Origin: Spirochaetota bacterium
GTDB taxonomy: Bacteria; Spirochaetota; UBA4802; UBA5550
Reading direction: 5' to 3'
DNA length: 64,000 bases
Assembly (NCBI GenBank): GCA_963664815.2
Contig: CAXXHB010000003.1
Location: 3,232,001 to 3,296,000, forward strand
Within the stretch, counting starts at the first letter, position 1, and the number at the start of each line of letters is the position of its first letter. A program made the translations under genes and the position numbers. The notes beneath the pieces are model-generated. The model saw nothing but the letters and a program-made list of their open reading frames with translations. It was not told the DNA's origin and made no database searches. Shown piece after piece: positions 17,885 to 31,762 of the stretch.

Positions 17885-19512
17885 AACTTTTCTGTGTATA
17901 TCTATGTAATTATAAAGACCGAAACGATTATTATCTTTCCCTTATGCCATACGGTATAATATCCATTGCAGCATTTCTTGAAAAAAATGGCCACGATGTA
18001 ACTCTTGCCAATTTTTCATCTAATGGATACTCAAACGGCATCGATCTTACAATTAAAGACCGGCCAGACGCTGTTTTAATATCAATATTTTCTTTTAACC
18101 GGGCTGACTCTTTTAAATATATAACAGAATTAAAAAAAAGAGATAAACAGATAATTATAATAGCTGGTGGTCAACATCCGACTTTTCTTTCTTCACAGAT
18201 TATTTCGAGATACCCCCAGATTGATTTTATAATCAAAGGAGAAGGTGAATTTGCTGTTAATAAACTTATTGCAGAATCATTTTCTGGAAGTGAAAAAATT
18301 ATATCTTCAGAAAGAATTCCTGATCTTGATTTATTACCATATGCTTCATATTTTTCCGGAAAAACCATCGGAGTCAATCAAAATGAGCAGTTTAAATTTA
18401 TAATTACTTCCAGAGGTTGCCCATCCAGTTGTACATATTGTTCCTCACCTGGTTTCTGGAATCAGAAAGTAACATACAGAAGTGCTGAAAATATAATTGC
18501 TGAACTAAAACATATTCAAAAAAAATACGGCATAATCTATTTTTCAATACGTGACGACAATTTCACTTTAAATAAAAAACGTGTCATGAAATTCTGCCAT
18601 CTTTTATTTGAAAATAAACTGTATATGATGTGGAACTGTCAGGCAAGGGTAGACACTATTGATGAAGAAATGCTTATAGCAATGAAACAATCAGGACTGG
18701 AACACATACAATTCGGAGTAGAGTCTGGTTCGGAAAAAATTTTAAAGCTTTATGATAAAAGCATTACAGTTGATAAAATAAAAAAAGCCGCTTATTCAGC
18801 CCGAAAAATCGGTGTTTACCTCTCTTTTTATTTAATGACCGGTATGAATGGTGAAACTCAGATTGATACTAATTATACAAAAAAATTATTATCAGATACG
18901 CACCCCCATGATGTCATCGTTTCACCTGTTGCCTATTATCCGGGAACAGTAATTTATTCCGAATCAGTAAAATCCGGCAGAATAAATGATGACATCTGGT
19001 TTAACTCAGAAAGCGATGGCTTGTTTCTAAACAATATGGATAAAAATGAAAAGAATATCAAAGACATACTGTCACATTCGAAAAGTGTTTCCTTAAAATC
19101 AAAATATTCTATAAATGACTTTAAGCTACATAAACAGATAACAGGCGAAAACTGCTGGATAAATAATATAATTGAAGGCGATTATTATTCTGATGAAGGT
19201 TATTTTGATACATCATATTCATGCTATAATAAAGTAATTGAACAATTTCCTGAAAACATCTGGGGCTATCTACGCATGGCTGAACTGATCGCTAATGATT
19301 CACCCAAACAGGCATTAAAACTTTTTTTAAAAGCCTCTGAAATTGTTCCATCATATTACGGAATCTGGTTAAGAATTGCTCAAATCCAATTACTGAACAA
19401 CAATATATCTGATGCAGAATATTCAATTCAAAAAGCTTTAAATTTTAATCCTTTAGATCCTAAGGTAATTAAAATATCTGCAAAAATTAAGAAATTACAT
19501 TCTTTAAAGTAA
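17881..19512 (+). CDS. B12-binding-domain radical SAM protein with C-terminal TPRs
   Basis: GGQHPT, GEGE, TSRGCPSSCTYC, GVESGS; TPR-like helices. Confidence 0.88.
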   Translation: MKLFCVYLCNYKDRNDYYLSLMPYGIISIAAFLEKNGHDVTLANFSSNGYSNGIDLTIKDRPDAVLISIFSFNRADSFKYITELKKRDKQIIIIAGGQHPTFLSSQIISRYPQIDFIIKGEGEFAVNKLIAESFSGSEKIISSERIPDLDLLPYASYFSGKTIGVNQNEQFKFIITSRGCPSSCTYCSSPGFWNQKVTYRSAENIIAELKHIQKKYGIIYFSIRDDNFTLNKKRVMKFCHLLFENKLYMMWNCQARVDTIDEEMLIAMKQSGLEHIQFGVESGSEKILKLYDKSITVDKIKKAAYSARKIGVYLSFYLMTGMNGETQIDTNYTKKLLSDTHPHDVIVSPVAYYPGTVIYSESVKSGRINDDIWFNSESDGLFLNNMDKNEKNIKDILSHSKSVSLKSKYSINDFKLHKQITGENCWINNIIEGDYYSDEGYFDTSYSCYNKVIEQFPENIWGYLRMAELIANDSPKQALKLFLKASEIVPSYYGIWLRIAQIQLLNNNISDAEYSIQKALNFNPLDPKVIKISAKIKKLHSLK

Positions 19513-19699
19513 TATAATTCAATATTAAAAATTGTTTTAACTAATAACAAATCTATAATTTAAGCCTTGACTCAGTTTTTTGTATTCAGAATGATGATAT
19601 TTTCTTTTTAATAAATGTTTTTATCTAAATATCATCACTTCCAGTGTATATTATTAAAAAAATTTGAAAAATTGAGTAATTCAATATAGATATATAAAT

Positions 19700-20389
19700 A
19701 TGGCTTTAATAGACAACTATAATAAAATAAAAGAAAAAATTCATGATACCGCGTTGCAATGTGGAAGAAATCCTGATGAAATAAAAATTCTCTCAGTTTC
19801 AAAAACTTTCAGTACTGAAATAATCCAAAATGCTATAGATTCAGGAATAACACTTTTTGGTGAAAATAAAATTCAGGAAGCCAATCAAAAATTCAACAAT
19901 ATCAAAGGTTCTTTTGAACTCCATATGATTGGACACCTCCAATCCAATAAAATAAATGATGCTTTGGATCTTTTTGAAGTAATTCATTCAATTGATAAAG
20001 CTACAACAGCATTAAAACTCAACTCCGCAGCAGAAACGAAAGATAAAATACAAAGAATTTTTTTACAACTTAAGACAACTGAAGAAGTCACCAAATATGG
20101 TGCTTCCTTGAGTGAATTATTATCAATTACTGAAATTATTATTAATCTAAAAAATCTGAAGCTTGAAGGGTTAATGTCTATTGGCCCTAATACTACTGAT
20201 ACTACTCAAATCCAAAAATCATTCATCGAAACCGCAAAAGCGCTCGATATATTAAATAATAAGTTTAATCTCAATCTCACTGAATTATCAATGGGAATGT
20301 CCGGGGATTATCCTATCGCCGTAAAAGAAGGCGCAACAATCGTACGAGTAGGTTCAGCAATTTTTGGAAACAGGTATTATTATAAATGA
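19700..20389 (+). CDS. yggS: PLP homeostasis protein
   Basis: VSKT, FGENKIQE, HMIGHLQSNK, LSMGMSGDY, VRVGSAIFG. Confidence 0.95.
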   Translation: MALIDNYNKIKEKIHDTALQCGRNPDEIKILSVSKTFSTEIIQNAIDSGITLFGENKIQEANQKFNNIKGSFELHMIGHLQSNKINDALDLFEVIHSIDKATTALKLNSAAETKDKIQRIFLQLKTTEEVTKYGASLSELLSITEIIINLKNLKLEGLMSIGPNTTDTTQIQKSFIETAKALDILNNKFNLNLTELSMGMSGDYPIAVKEGATIVRVGSAIFGNRYYYK

Positions 20390-21189
20390 ATAATAAAAAA
20401 AGCAATATTGGAATTATCGGAACCGGTAATATGGGTTATGCTCTAGTTAAAGGAATTAAAGCAAATCCAATGTATACTGAAATAATGATTTATGATATAG
20501 ACCATTTTAAATTAACATCAATTCAAAATGAAACTGAAGTCATAATTGCAAAATCGATTGATGAAATTATCAACTATTCAAATCTATTGATACTTGCCGT
20601 TAAACCTGACATAACAATTAAAATTGCTTCAGAACTGAAACTCTACCATGGTATTATTATCTCTATCGCTGCGGGAATTTCAATACTCTCATTACAAAAT
20701 ATAACTGGAGTTGATAAGAAAATAATCCGTGCAATGCCCAATACCCCTTCAATAGTTGGAGAAGGTATGACAGTTATATCAGCTTCATCAAATCTTCCTG
20801 ATAATGAAATTGAGCAGGTAAAATCAATATTTTTATCAGTAGGAGATGTTCTTATAATGGATGAAAAACATATGAATGCTGTTACTGCATTATCAGGCAG
20901 TGGCCCTGCATATATATTTACTTTCATCCAGGCAATGGCAGATGCAGGAGTAAAACTTGGAATTCCACGATCTGAATCTTTACTTTTAGCTGGACAGACT
21001 ATTTATGGTTCAGTAAAAATGTTTCTTGACAAAAAAGAAAATCCCATTATGCTTAGGGATAAAGTAACTTCTCCAGGTGGAACAACAATATCAGCATTGC
21101 ATGTACTTGATAAAGCCGGTTTTAATGGTATAATTATTGATGCAATTGAAGCAGCCGCAAATAGAGCAAAGGAGCTTGATAAATCCTGA
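20386..21189 (+). CDS. proC: Pyrroline-5-carboxylate reductase
   Basis: GTGNMG, RAMPNTP, SGSGPAY, VTSPGGTT. Confidence 0.96.
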   Translation: MNNKKSNIGIIGTGNMGYALVKGIKANPMYTEIMIYDIDHFKLTSIQNETEVIIAKSIDEIINYSNLLILAVKPDITIKIASELKLYHGIIISIAAGISILSLQNITGVDKKIIRAMPNTPSIVGEGMTVISASSNLPDNEIEQVKSIFLSVGDVLIMDEKHMNAVTALSGSGPAYIFTFIQAMADAGVKLGIPRSESLLLAGQTIYGSVKMFLDKKENPIMLRDKVTSPGGTTISALHVLDKAGFNGIIIDAIEAAANRAKELDKS

Positions 21190-22163
21190 TGAAAATGCCA
21201 ACAATTTACCAGCTCAATCAAATCAGGCAAATAATGCTGTTCACTTTTGTATCATTTCTGTTAGTTGTTTTATGTGGAAATATAATTTCATACTTCTTTA
21301 CTAAAAAAATTACAATAAACCATAATGCATATGTTCTCAAAGACGGTTTTCCTATATTCATATCTGAAAAAGATTACATTGATTTTATCAAAAATTATCC
21401 ATTCGATCCTGGTGTTGAACTTACAATTTACAAAATATCATCTGGTGAAACTCTATGGTCTTTAAAAAAACGTTTTAATATAACTATTGACACATTAATA
21501 TCTGCGAACCCACACCTTAAAGGACTTGAACTATCTGAAAACACTTCAGTAGTAATCCCGTCAAAAAATGGATCCTTATTTACATTTGACGATTACAGAG
21601 ATGTAGGCAAAATGCATTCTATGATGGGAGGAAAAAATAAAATTCTCGGAGACTATAAACCGAAAATTTTCAGAATCTTTTCACCCGATGATATCCGTAT
21701 TGTTTTTTTTGAAAATGAAAAACCAATAATTGTTAATAATGATATTCAAAAAATTTACAATTATAAAATGACTTTTGTAGACCCTCTTGATACTGGTTTT
21801 TATTCTTCTGTGTTTGGAGATAGGACAAATCCGACCTCAGGGTTTGGAGAGGGTGTTGAATTTCATACTGGAGTAGATATTGCAACGAAAACAGGAACTC
21901 CAATTAAAGCAGTAAGAGATGGAATTGTTTTTTTTGCAGGATGGCGTGACGGTTACGGTTATACTATGATCATACAGCATGATGATGGCTATTCAACTTT
22001 TTATGCCCACTGCTCAAGGATGTATGTAAAACAAGGTCAATGGGTTAATCAAAGTGAAAAAATTGGACTTGTGGGATCAACAGGTCGTTCAACTGGTTCA
22101 CATCTTCATTTCTCAGTCATACGACATGGGAAGCTTGTAAATCCTCTTAAATATTTATGGTAA
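21189..22163 (+). CDS. LysM + M23 metallopeptidase
   Basis: GETLWSL (LysM), HTGVD, STGSHLHF. Confidence 0.9.
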   Translation: MKMPTIYQLNQIRQIMLFTFVSFLLVVLCGNIISYFFTKKITINHNAYVLKDGFPIFISEKDYIDFIKNYPFDPGVELTIYKISSGETLWSLKKRFNITIDTLISANPHLKGLELSENTSVVIPSKNGSLFTFDDYRDVGKMHSMMGGKNKILGDYKPKIFRIFSPDDIRIVFFENEKPIIVNNDIQKIYNYKMTFVDPLDTGFYSSVFGDRTNPTSGFGEGVEFHTGVDIATKTGTPIKAVRDGIVFFAGWRDGYGYTMIIQHDDGYSTFYAHCSRMYVKQGQWVNQSEKIGLVGSTGRSTGSHLHFSVIRHGKLVNPLKYLW

Positions 22164-22181
22164 TTTATAATATTAATTTTT

Positions 22182-22994
22182 TTAATTACTATTTCTGTCT
22201 TTTTTATCAACAACAACTCTAAAACCATAATATGGACTTCTTGCAGTTGGGCATCTTCTAAATCTGAATTCTCTGGTTCTTTGAATATTTTCGCTTAAAA
22301 GCGAACCACCCCTCAATATCTTATATATTTCACCAAAGTCTTTATTTTTTATACTATCATCATACGCATTATACCAGTCAGAAGTCCATTCCCAAAGTAA
22401 TCCTAATTGAAATTTTGAATTTTCAATTTCATCTTTAAGTTTTATTATAAAATCGTCTGGAAAATTATTTTCATTCTTTTTATTTAGAAATATACTTTTA
22501 ATAGAATCTATTCCAGCTAAATTACTTAAAATTTCCCACTCATATTCAAGCGGCAATCTCACATTTTTTTTACTTACATTGCTTAACCATCTTGTATACT
22601 CTAATGCATCATTCCAGCTTATATGCATAACAGGAAACATGTCTGAATTACTATTATAAACTAAATCCCTTGCATCTAAAAATGGATTTTTCCATGAAAC
22701 ATTCACTTTTTTAATCCAGTTGTTATTCCATATCCAACCCCACCCTTCTTTTTCAGCGTCAGTAATATATTTTGTATCATCAGTAAACAACATAAAACTC
22801 TTTAAGCTGACAAGTTTTCTTTGAATATAGAACTGAGAATATTGTATAGTTTTTGAAGGAGTTGAAGCTTCAATATATTCTTTTTTTAGAGCCGTGCTGT
22901 AAATAGATTTAAATATTTTGTCTATATCATCAAAATCAATTCCAATACTAATTTTACCTTTTGGGAAGAAAATAAAATCATCCAGATTCAGCAT
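22182..22994 (-). CDS. FGE-sulfatase (SUMF1/EgtB-like) fold protein
   Basis: PVMHISWNDA, RLPLEYEWE, WEWTSDWY, RGGS, GFRVV. Confidence 0.82.
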   Translation of the reverse strand: MLNLDDFIFFPKGKISIGIDFDDIDKIFKSIYSTALKKEYIEASTPSKTIQYSQFYIQRKLVSLKSFMLFTDDTKYITDAEKEGWGWIWNNNWIKKVNVSWKNPFLDARDLVYNSNSDMFPVMHISWNDALEYTRWLSNVSKKNVRLPLEYEWEILSNLAGIDSIKSIFLNKKNENNFPDDFIIKLKDEIENSKFQLGLLWEWTSDWYNAYDDSIKNKDFGEIYKILRGGSLLSENIQRTREFRFRRCPTARSPYYGFRVVVDKKDRNSN

Positions 22995-22997
22995 TTT

Positions 22998-24956
22998 TTA
23001 TTCTAAAACTTCCATTATTGAAAATAAATCTTTTCCATCATCAGGAAAAACTGAATTTAATGATGTAATAAGAAGCTTAAAATCACTCGTATTATATTTT
23101 TCCATAATCTCATTTTTAATAGTGTTCGATATCATTACTGAATAACGTTTTTCCTTACCTGGTAATACAATTACAAATCTACTTCTGTCAATTTTTACAG
23201 CAAAATCTCCTGCGTTTAATTTAGACTTTATTATTTCGGCAATATTAATAAAAAGCTTTTCAAGCTCTATCTGTCCAAATCTGTCATGAAATCTTTTATA
23301 ATTTTTTATAGTTAATAATACCAGACTTACCGGTATATTCATTTCATCTGCATGTTTAATCTCACTATCAATTCTTTCATAAAACATTCCTGTCAAATCG
23401 TTATATTTATTCAGTTCAGGATCAAGTTCATAAACCCTATAGAGATACGTAAATAAAAATTGATTTATTTTTTGTATACGTATATCGATATCTTTTATTT
23501 CTACAGCTGAGTTAATTTTATAAATTGTTATGAATCCAGATAATTTTCCTGACATTAAAAATGGATATGCGATAAATAATTCCATTTTAACAATTCTGTT
23601 CCTTCCAAATGTATCTATAATAACACTCGATTCATTAAAGCCTTCAAGTATTATTGATGTTTTTTTGTTTATTAAAAATGTAATTAAACGATTATCTTTT
23701 TTTATCTTAAATCCTGAATCAGAAAATCCGAGCATATCTTCTTTTTCAAAATATGCAGGATAATAGTCACTCCCAATCTTATCTTCCATGAAAATTGTAT
23801 AATTTTCAAGCCCAAGAGAATAAAAATTTTTTCTTATAACCTCTTCAAGTTCATTAATTGATGATACATTCAATAATGAATTCTGAAATAATTCAACATC
23901 AGATAAAATTTCTTTTTCTATTCTTAACCCCAGAAGTTCTGTACTTGTTCTTTCATGTAGTACTAAGGATTCAATGATCGATGAACTTATATCCGAAAGA
24001 GCCTGTAAAAAATCTAGTTCTATCATCGTAAATTGTTCTGAATTTATTTTTTCACCTACAAGGATGGCTCCAACAAGTTTATCTTCATTCATCAAAGGAG
24101 CAATAATTCTTGCATCGACAGCAGTAAATTTATAATAATCATCTCTCAAATTATTATCATTTTTAAGATCTTCAATATCAAGCACGCCTTTATAGGTATC
24201 CAGAATTTTAAGAATACCATTATCTATTTCCCAGTAAATATCATTATCAGATATTTTTATTCCATGTGAATCTATTATAATCCATTTTTTTAAATCATCT
24301 GGTGAAGAAGCAATTATCGATACTGACGATACTCCGACTTGCCCCATAATTGAAAATAAGATAGTTGAATATACTTCTTCAATTGTATCAGCTTTTATAA
24401 ATTCTTTCTGTATTTCAAATAAAGTGCCAAAATCATTAAACTCCGGCATTTCATTCTCTTTAATCTCTGCTTCAATATTACCTGTATCATGTACTGAAGA
24501 CTCTTCTTTAACTGAATCACCATTTATATCTGTTAAAATATTTTCTTTATTAATTTGAAAATTTTTTTCATTTCCTTTTTTATCAAAACTCGATAATTCA
24601 GCTATTTTCTTTTCAACAGAATTTTTTATAATAGTTTCATCATTCTGTCGGATTTCTTCAGTTTTTGTTTCTTGGAAATCATCCTCATCAAAAAGTATTA
24701 TATCTTCTTCTTTTTTAATAAGATTAATTTCTTCATATATTTTATTATCTGCTTTTATTATTTCGTTTTTAAATTCATTACTTTTATCAGATATACTTTG
24801 ATTCAATGAATCAATTTCATCGATATTTATTTTTTTAATATTTATCTCTTCTTTATTATCATTTTCAGCAGGCCCTTTAATTCTATCAATTAATGTTTCT
24901 TTCCCGGTTTCATTTATTCTTTGTTTATACTGTAAGGCTCGTTCGAGAAGTCCCAT
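22998..24956 (-). CDS. Acidic N-terminus, GAF domain(s) and degenerate GGDEF-like domain
   Basis: APLMNEDKLVGAILVGEK (GAF); NDLTG, NYKRFHDRFG, DFAVKIDRSRFVIVLP; start MGLLERA at 24956. Confidence 0.75.
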   Translation of the reverse strand: MGLLERALQYKQRINETGKETLIDRIKGPAENDNKEEINIKKINIDEIDSLNQSISDKSNEFKNEIIKADNKIYEEINLIKKEEDIILFDEDDFQETKTEEIRQNDETIIKNSVEKKIAELSSFDKKGNEKNFQINKENILTDINGDSVKEESSVHDTGNIEAEIKENEMPEFNDFGTLFEIQKEFIKADTIEEVYSTILFSIMGQVGVSSVSIIASSPDDLKKWIIIDSHGIKISDNDIYWEIDNGILKILDTYKGVLDIEDLKNDNNLRDDYYKFTAVDARIIAPLMNEDKLVGAILVGEKINSEQFTMIELDFLQALSDISSSIIESLVLHERTSTELLGLRIEKEILSDVELFQNSLLNVSSINELEEVIRKNFYSLGLENYTIFMEDKIGSDYYPAYFEKEDMLGFSDSGFKIKKDNRLITFLINKKTSIILEGFNESSVIIDTFGRNRIVKMELFIAYPFLMSGKLSGFITIYKINSAVEIKDIDIRIQKINQFLFTYLYRVYELDPELNKYNDLTGMFYERIDSEIKHADEMNIPVSLVLLTIKNYKRFHDRFGQIELEKLFINIAEIIKSKLNAGDFAVKIDRSRFVIVLPGKEKRYSVMISNTIKNEIMEKYNTSDFKLLITSLNSVFPDDGKDLFSIMEVLE

Positions 24957-24957
24957 C

Positions 24958-26745
24958 TTATACACCCATTTCTTTAAGAACCTTTGAATAAAGTTCAAAA
25001 TATTCAGATTCAGCAAATTTTCTTATAACTTCTTCTGGTAATTTTTCAAATAATCCATCCAAATAGGATAATAACTTTATCAAACTATCATGCTTTTCTG
25101 GAAAATCTGATGTTATTTCCATAAGTTTTTCTTTATCTTCTAATATTACTATTTTGTCAGTTATATCCAGAATTTCTTTATTAGTATTATTCTCTTTTTT
25201 TTCAAATTTTATACTGTTTATTAAATTTTCATCTATATCATAATCTCTTCTTAAAATATTTTCAATTTCAGAAATATCTTCATCAAACACAACTGCATTT
25301 GGTGATGAAATATCTTCTTCAATTGAAATTTTTTCAGAATCAATTATACTATCTTCTTTTTCAGAAAAATATGCAGGATTTTTTTTGCCGGAATAGTTAC
25401 TCCTAAAAAAATCTATTTCTGGTTTAATAAAATCAATTTCATTATCCAGATCATATCTCTTATAATAATCTCCAAATAATTTATCTTCTATATATCCACT
25501 TTCTTCAGGTATTAATCCTAAAATTTCTGATATTTCACTCTGTATCAATGACTCTTCTGATTCAAAATAATCATCTATTTCATGAATATATTTACTAAAA
25601 TCATCACGAATTATTGCGTTATCAATAAACTCAAAATCAGAATCAAGATAAAATACTTCGTCTTTAAATACGTCATCAAATTTTTCTGAACTATATAGTG
25701 TATAATCTTCAAGAATATAACCTGAAAATTCATTATTTACCGATATATTTTCAACTATCTCCAGTTTACCATCTGCAACTTCAATCATTTTAACTAATCT
25801 TTCGGTTAAAATATCTTCTTTATATAAATCTATATCATCAGAATTAATTTTATTTAAAAACTGATCATCTACAAATCTGCATCTTTGATCATTTTGATTG
25901 TTTTTAAATTTTTCTATAAAATTATCATCTGTTTTATAGCCATATTCAACATTTAAAATTGATTCTAATTGTTTATCCAATGTTTCTTCGTTTATCGTTA
26001 CAGAAAATAATTTTTTTGCTGACAACTCTTCATTGATTTCATCTTCATTTACAATATTTTTTATAATTGAAATATTATTTTTCTCAATTATATTTTTTTC
26101 TATAGATAAATCGCTATTAATTAAGATTTTCTCATTTTCTATATCTGAAATAATATCTGTCTCTTCAATTATCGATACTTCATTCTGAATTTCATCTTTA
26201 TTGAATCTCTTTTCATTCACTATTGCTTTTTGAGTTTCTGTAATTTCTTGAGCTTCTGCAATTTCTTGTGTTTCTGCAATTTCTTGAATTTCTGGAATTT
26301 CTTGAGCTTCTGGAATTTCTTGAGCTTCTGAAATAATTATTATATCATCAAGCCTTGCTACCTGCTGGATTTTATTTAAATCATTAAATATATTTTCTTC
26401 GTTTTTATTATATTTCTCTTTATAATTTAGTTTTTCTTCAAAGACTACAGCTCTTTCTTTTTCTTTACTTTTCTCATTTTTTATTTCTCCATAAAAAGAA
26501 TCCCTATGTTTAATAGGAACTAATTCAAAATCTTCTAATCCTTCAATTAGATCTTCTTCATTAAGAAATATCACATCTTCACTTGCTATTTTTTCTGCTT
26601 CTTTAAGGTCTATCCTGCCAATTATAGAAAAATCAAATTTTTCAGGGATTTTTTGCTTAATCTTTTCCTTAAAATTTTCAGTAAGATAGTTTTCTGCTTT
26701 TTTATTATTCTGTTCTTTTTTTTCTGAATCCATTTCTGTCATCAT
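24958..26745 (-). CDS. Highly acidic low-complexity protein with a helical C-terminal motif
   Basis: 595-aa D/E/I/N-rich ORF ending LLSYLDGLFEKLPEEVIRKFAESEYFELYSKVLKEMGV. Confidence 0.8.
   Translation of the reverse strand: MMTEMDSEKKEQNNKKAENYLTENFKEKIKQKIPEKFDFSIIGRIDLKEAEKIASEDVIFLNEEDLIEGLEDFELVPIKHRDSFYGEIKNEKSKEKERAVVFEEKLNYKEKYNKNEENIFNDLNKIQQVARLDDIIIISEAQEIPEAQEIPEIQEIAETQEIAEAQEITETQKAIVNEKRFNKDEIQNEVSIIEETDIISDIENEKILINSDLSIEKNIIEKNNISIIKNIVNEDEINEELSAKKLFSVTINEETLDKQLESILNVEYGYKTDDNFIEKFKNNQNDQRCRFVDDQFLNKINSDDIDLYKEDILTERLVKMIEVADGKLEIVENISVNNEFSGYILEDYTLYSSEKFDDVFKDEVFYLDSDFEFIDNAIIRDDFSKYIHEIDDYFESEESLIQSEISEILGLIPEESGYIEDKLFGDYYKRYDLDNEIDFIKPEIDFFRSNYSGKKNPAYFSEKEDSIIDSEKISIEEDISSPNAVVFDEDISEIENILRRDYDIDENLINSIKFEKKENNTNKEILDITDKIVILEDKEKLMEITSDFPEKHDSLIKLLSYLDGLFEKLPEEVIRKFAESEYFELYSKVLKEMGV
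26230..26334. repeat. In-frame 18-bp tandem repeat, ~6 copies, encoding (A/T/I)QEI(P/A/T)E
   Basis: TTGAGCTTCTGGAATTTC-type units. Confidence 0.9.
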
Positions 26746-26820
26746 TCTTTTTTTTTATTATAACAAATGCATTTATATATAATTAAAATATCATTATCAT
26801 TTAATTATCGGCATTTTGTT

Positions 26821-26876
26821 TTACAATAAATAAAAAAAGGAATGCCTAGATGCATTCCTTTTTTTATTTATTGTAA
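26821..26876 (-). terminator. atp operon terminator, perfect 25-bp inverted repeat
   Basis: TTACAATAAATAAAAAAAGGAATGC-ctagat-GCATTCCTTTTTTTATTTATTGTAA. Confidence 0.85.
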
Positions 26877-26883
26877 GTAAAAA

Positions 26884-27288
26884 TTAGCGTCTTGCAACTT
26901 TCAACTTAACCTTCAGCTTGTCTTTTTCCAGTCTTAATAAAAATTTTTCTTCTGAAAAAGGAGCCTGTTCTTCAATCTTCGCCTCAAGCTCTTTCAATTT
27001 TAAATCAAGTTCAGCCAATGTTAAATCGCTTTTTTTAAATGCTCTTTCTGCTATAACTATCAATTTATTATTCTTTATCTCGACAACACCACCTTCAACT
27101 ACCAGATAGTCTACACTCTTTGGATTATTTAATCTAATTTCTCCAACACCAAGTTTCGATATTAAAGGAGAGTGCCCATAAAGAAAACCCATTTCACCAT
27201 CATGTGCTTGAACAACAGCAAAACCTACTTCGCCTTCGTAAATAAGTCTCTCAGGAGTTAATATACTGCAATTTATTACACGTTCCAT
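26884..27288 (-). CDS. atpC: F1 ATP synthase epsilon subunit
   Basis: LTPER, GEMGFLYGHSPLI; operon position. Confidence 0.95.
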   Translation of the reverse strand: MERVINCSILTPERLIYEGEVGFAVVQAHDGEMGFLYGHSPLISKLGVGEIRLNNPKSVDYLVVEGGVVEIKNNKLIVIAERAFKKSDLTLAELDLKLKELEAKIEEQAPFSEEKFLLRLEKDKLKVKLKVARR

Positions 27289-27290
27289 TA

Positions 27291-28718
<1,428 letters not shown>

Positions 28719-28744
28719 TTACGTTAATATAGATTAACCTTTTA

Positions 28745-29626
28745 TTATTCGAGAGCTGCCGCTCCCCCGACTATTTCAGAAATTTCAGTAGTAATCTTAT
28801 CCTGTCTAACCCTATTATATGTAACAGTTAATTCTTTAATCATGTCTTTCGCTGCATCTGTTGCATTTTTCATTGCTACACGACGAGCAAAATGTTCTGA
28901 ATAAGATGATTCAAGAAAACAGGTATATAATTTTACTTTAAGATAAAGAGGCAAAATATAAGAAAATATTTCAGCCGGATTAGGTTCAAAAATATAATCC
29001 ATATTTGCGCTTGGTAAAGCATCGTAATCAATTTCCATCTCCGGAGCAATAGGAAGCAATTTTACAGCTTCGGGCCTTTGATTAGCAAAAGAGATAACCT
29101 TTGTATATGAGATGTAGACTTCATGTATCTCGCCGCTTACAAAAAATTTAGTTAATTCTTCACCCAATTTCGCTGCATCATCAAAGGAGAATTTATCTTC
29201 TTTATTCTGCACCGTTCGGAACATTGACGTTTTAGTGAAGTTATAGAATGAAATCGCTTTCTTTCCGATTACATAGAGTAATACTTCTTTTCCTTCAGAT
29301 TCAAGCTGTTCTTTAAGCTCAAGAGTCTTGTCCAGAACTCTTGCATTATAACTTCCACACAGACCTCTATTTCCGGAAATCTGCACTATTAAACATCTGT
29401 TCGGTTGAGCTACTTCTCTGAATAAAGGATGTTGAATAGTCGAAAATCCCGCAGCCATGAGATTTTTTATAATCTCATTTACCTTTACTTCATAAGGCTT
29501 TGACTGACCTAAACGATCCTGTACCTTCTTCATTTTAGAAGTAGCAACCATTTCCATCGTGCTTGTAATTTTTTTAGTATTACCGACGGATTTTATTCTG
29601 TTTTTTATATCCCTTTGATTAGCCAC
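28745..29626 (-). CDS. atpG: F1 ATP synthase gamma subunit
   Basis: KITSTMEMVA, NRGLCG, RQDKITTEISEIV. Confidence 0.98.
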   Translation of the reverse strand: MANQRDIKNRIKSVGNTKKITSTMEMVATSKMKKVQDRLGQSKPYEVKVNEIIKNLMAAGFSTIQHPLFREVAQPNRCLIVQISGNRGLCGSYNARVLDKTLELKEQLESEGKEVLLYVIGKKAISFYNFTKTSMFRTVQNKEDKFSFDDAAKLGEELTKFFVSGEIHEVYISYTKVISFANQRPEAVKLLPIAPEMEIDYDALPSANMDYIFEPNPAEIFSYILPLYLKVKLYTCFLESSYSEHFARRVAMKNATDAAKDMIKELTVTYNRVRQDKITTEISEIVGGAAALE

Positions 29627-29644
29627 AATTCAATCCTCAATCAT

Positions 29645-31718
<2,074 letters not shown>

Positions 31719-31762
31719 GTTGATTACCTTTCTCTTTCTTTTTTTAATCAAGACAGTTCAGA

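Noticed and set aside
16700-26800. Very AT-rich stretch as a horizontally acquired island
   Set aside because: It contains core genes (yggS, proC) and runs into the atp operon; no integrase, tRNA target or flanking repeats
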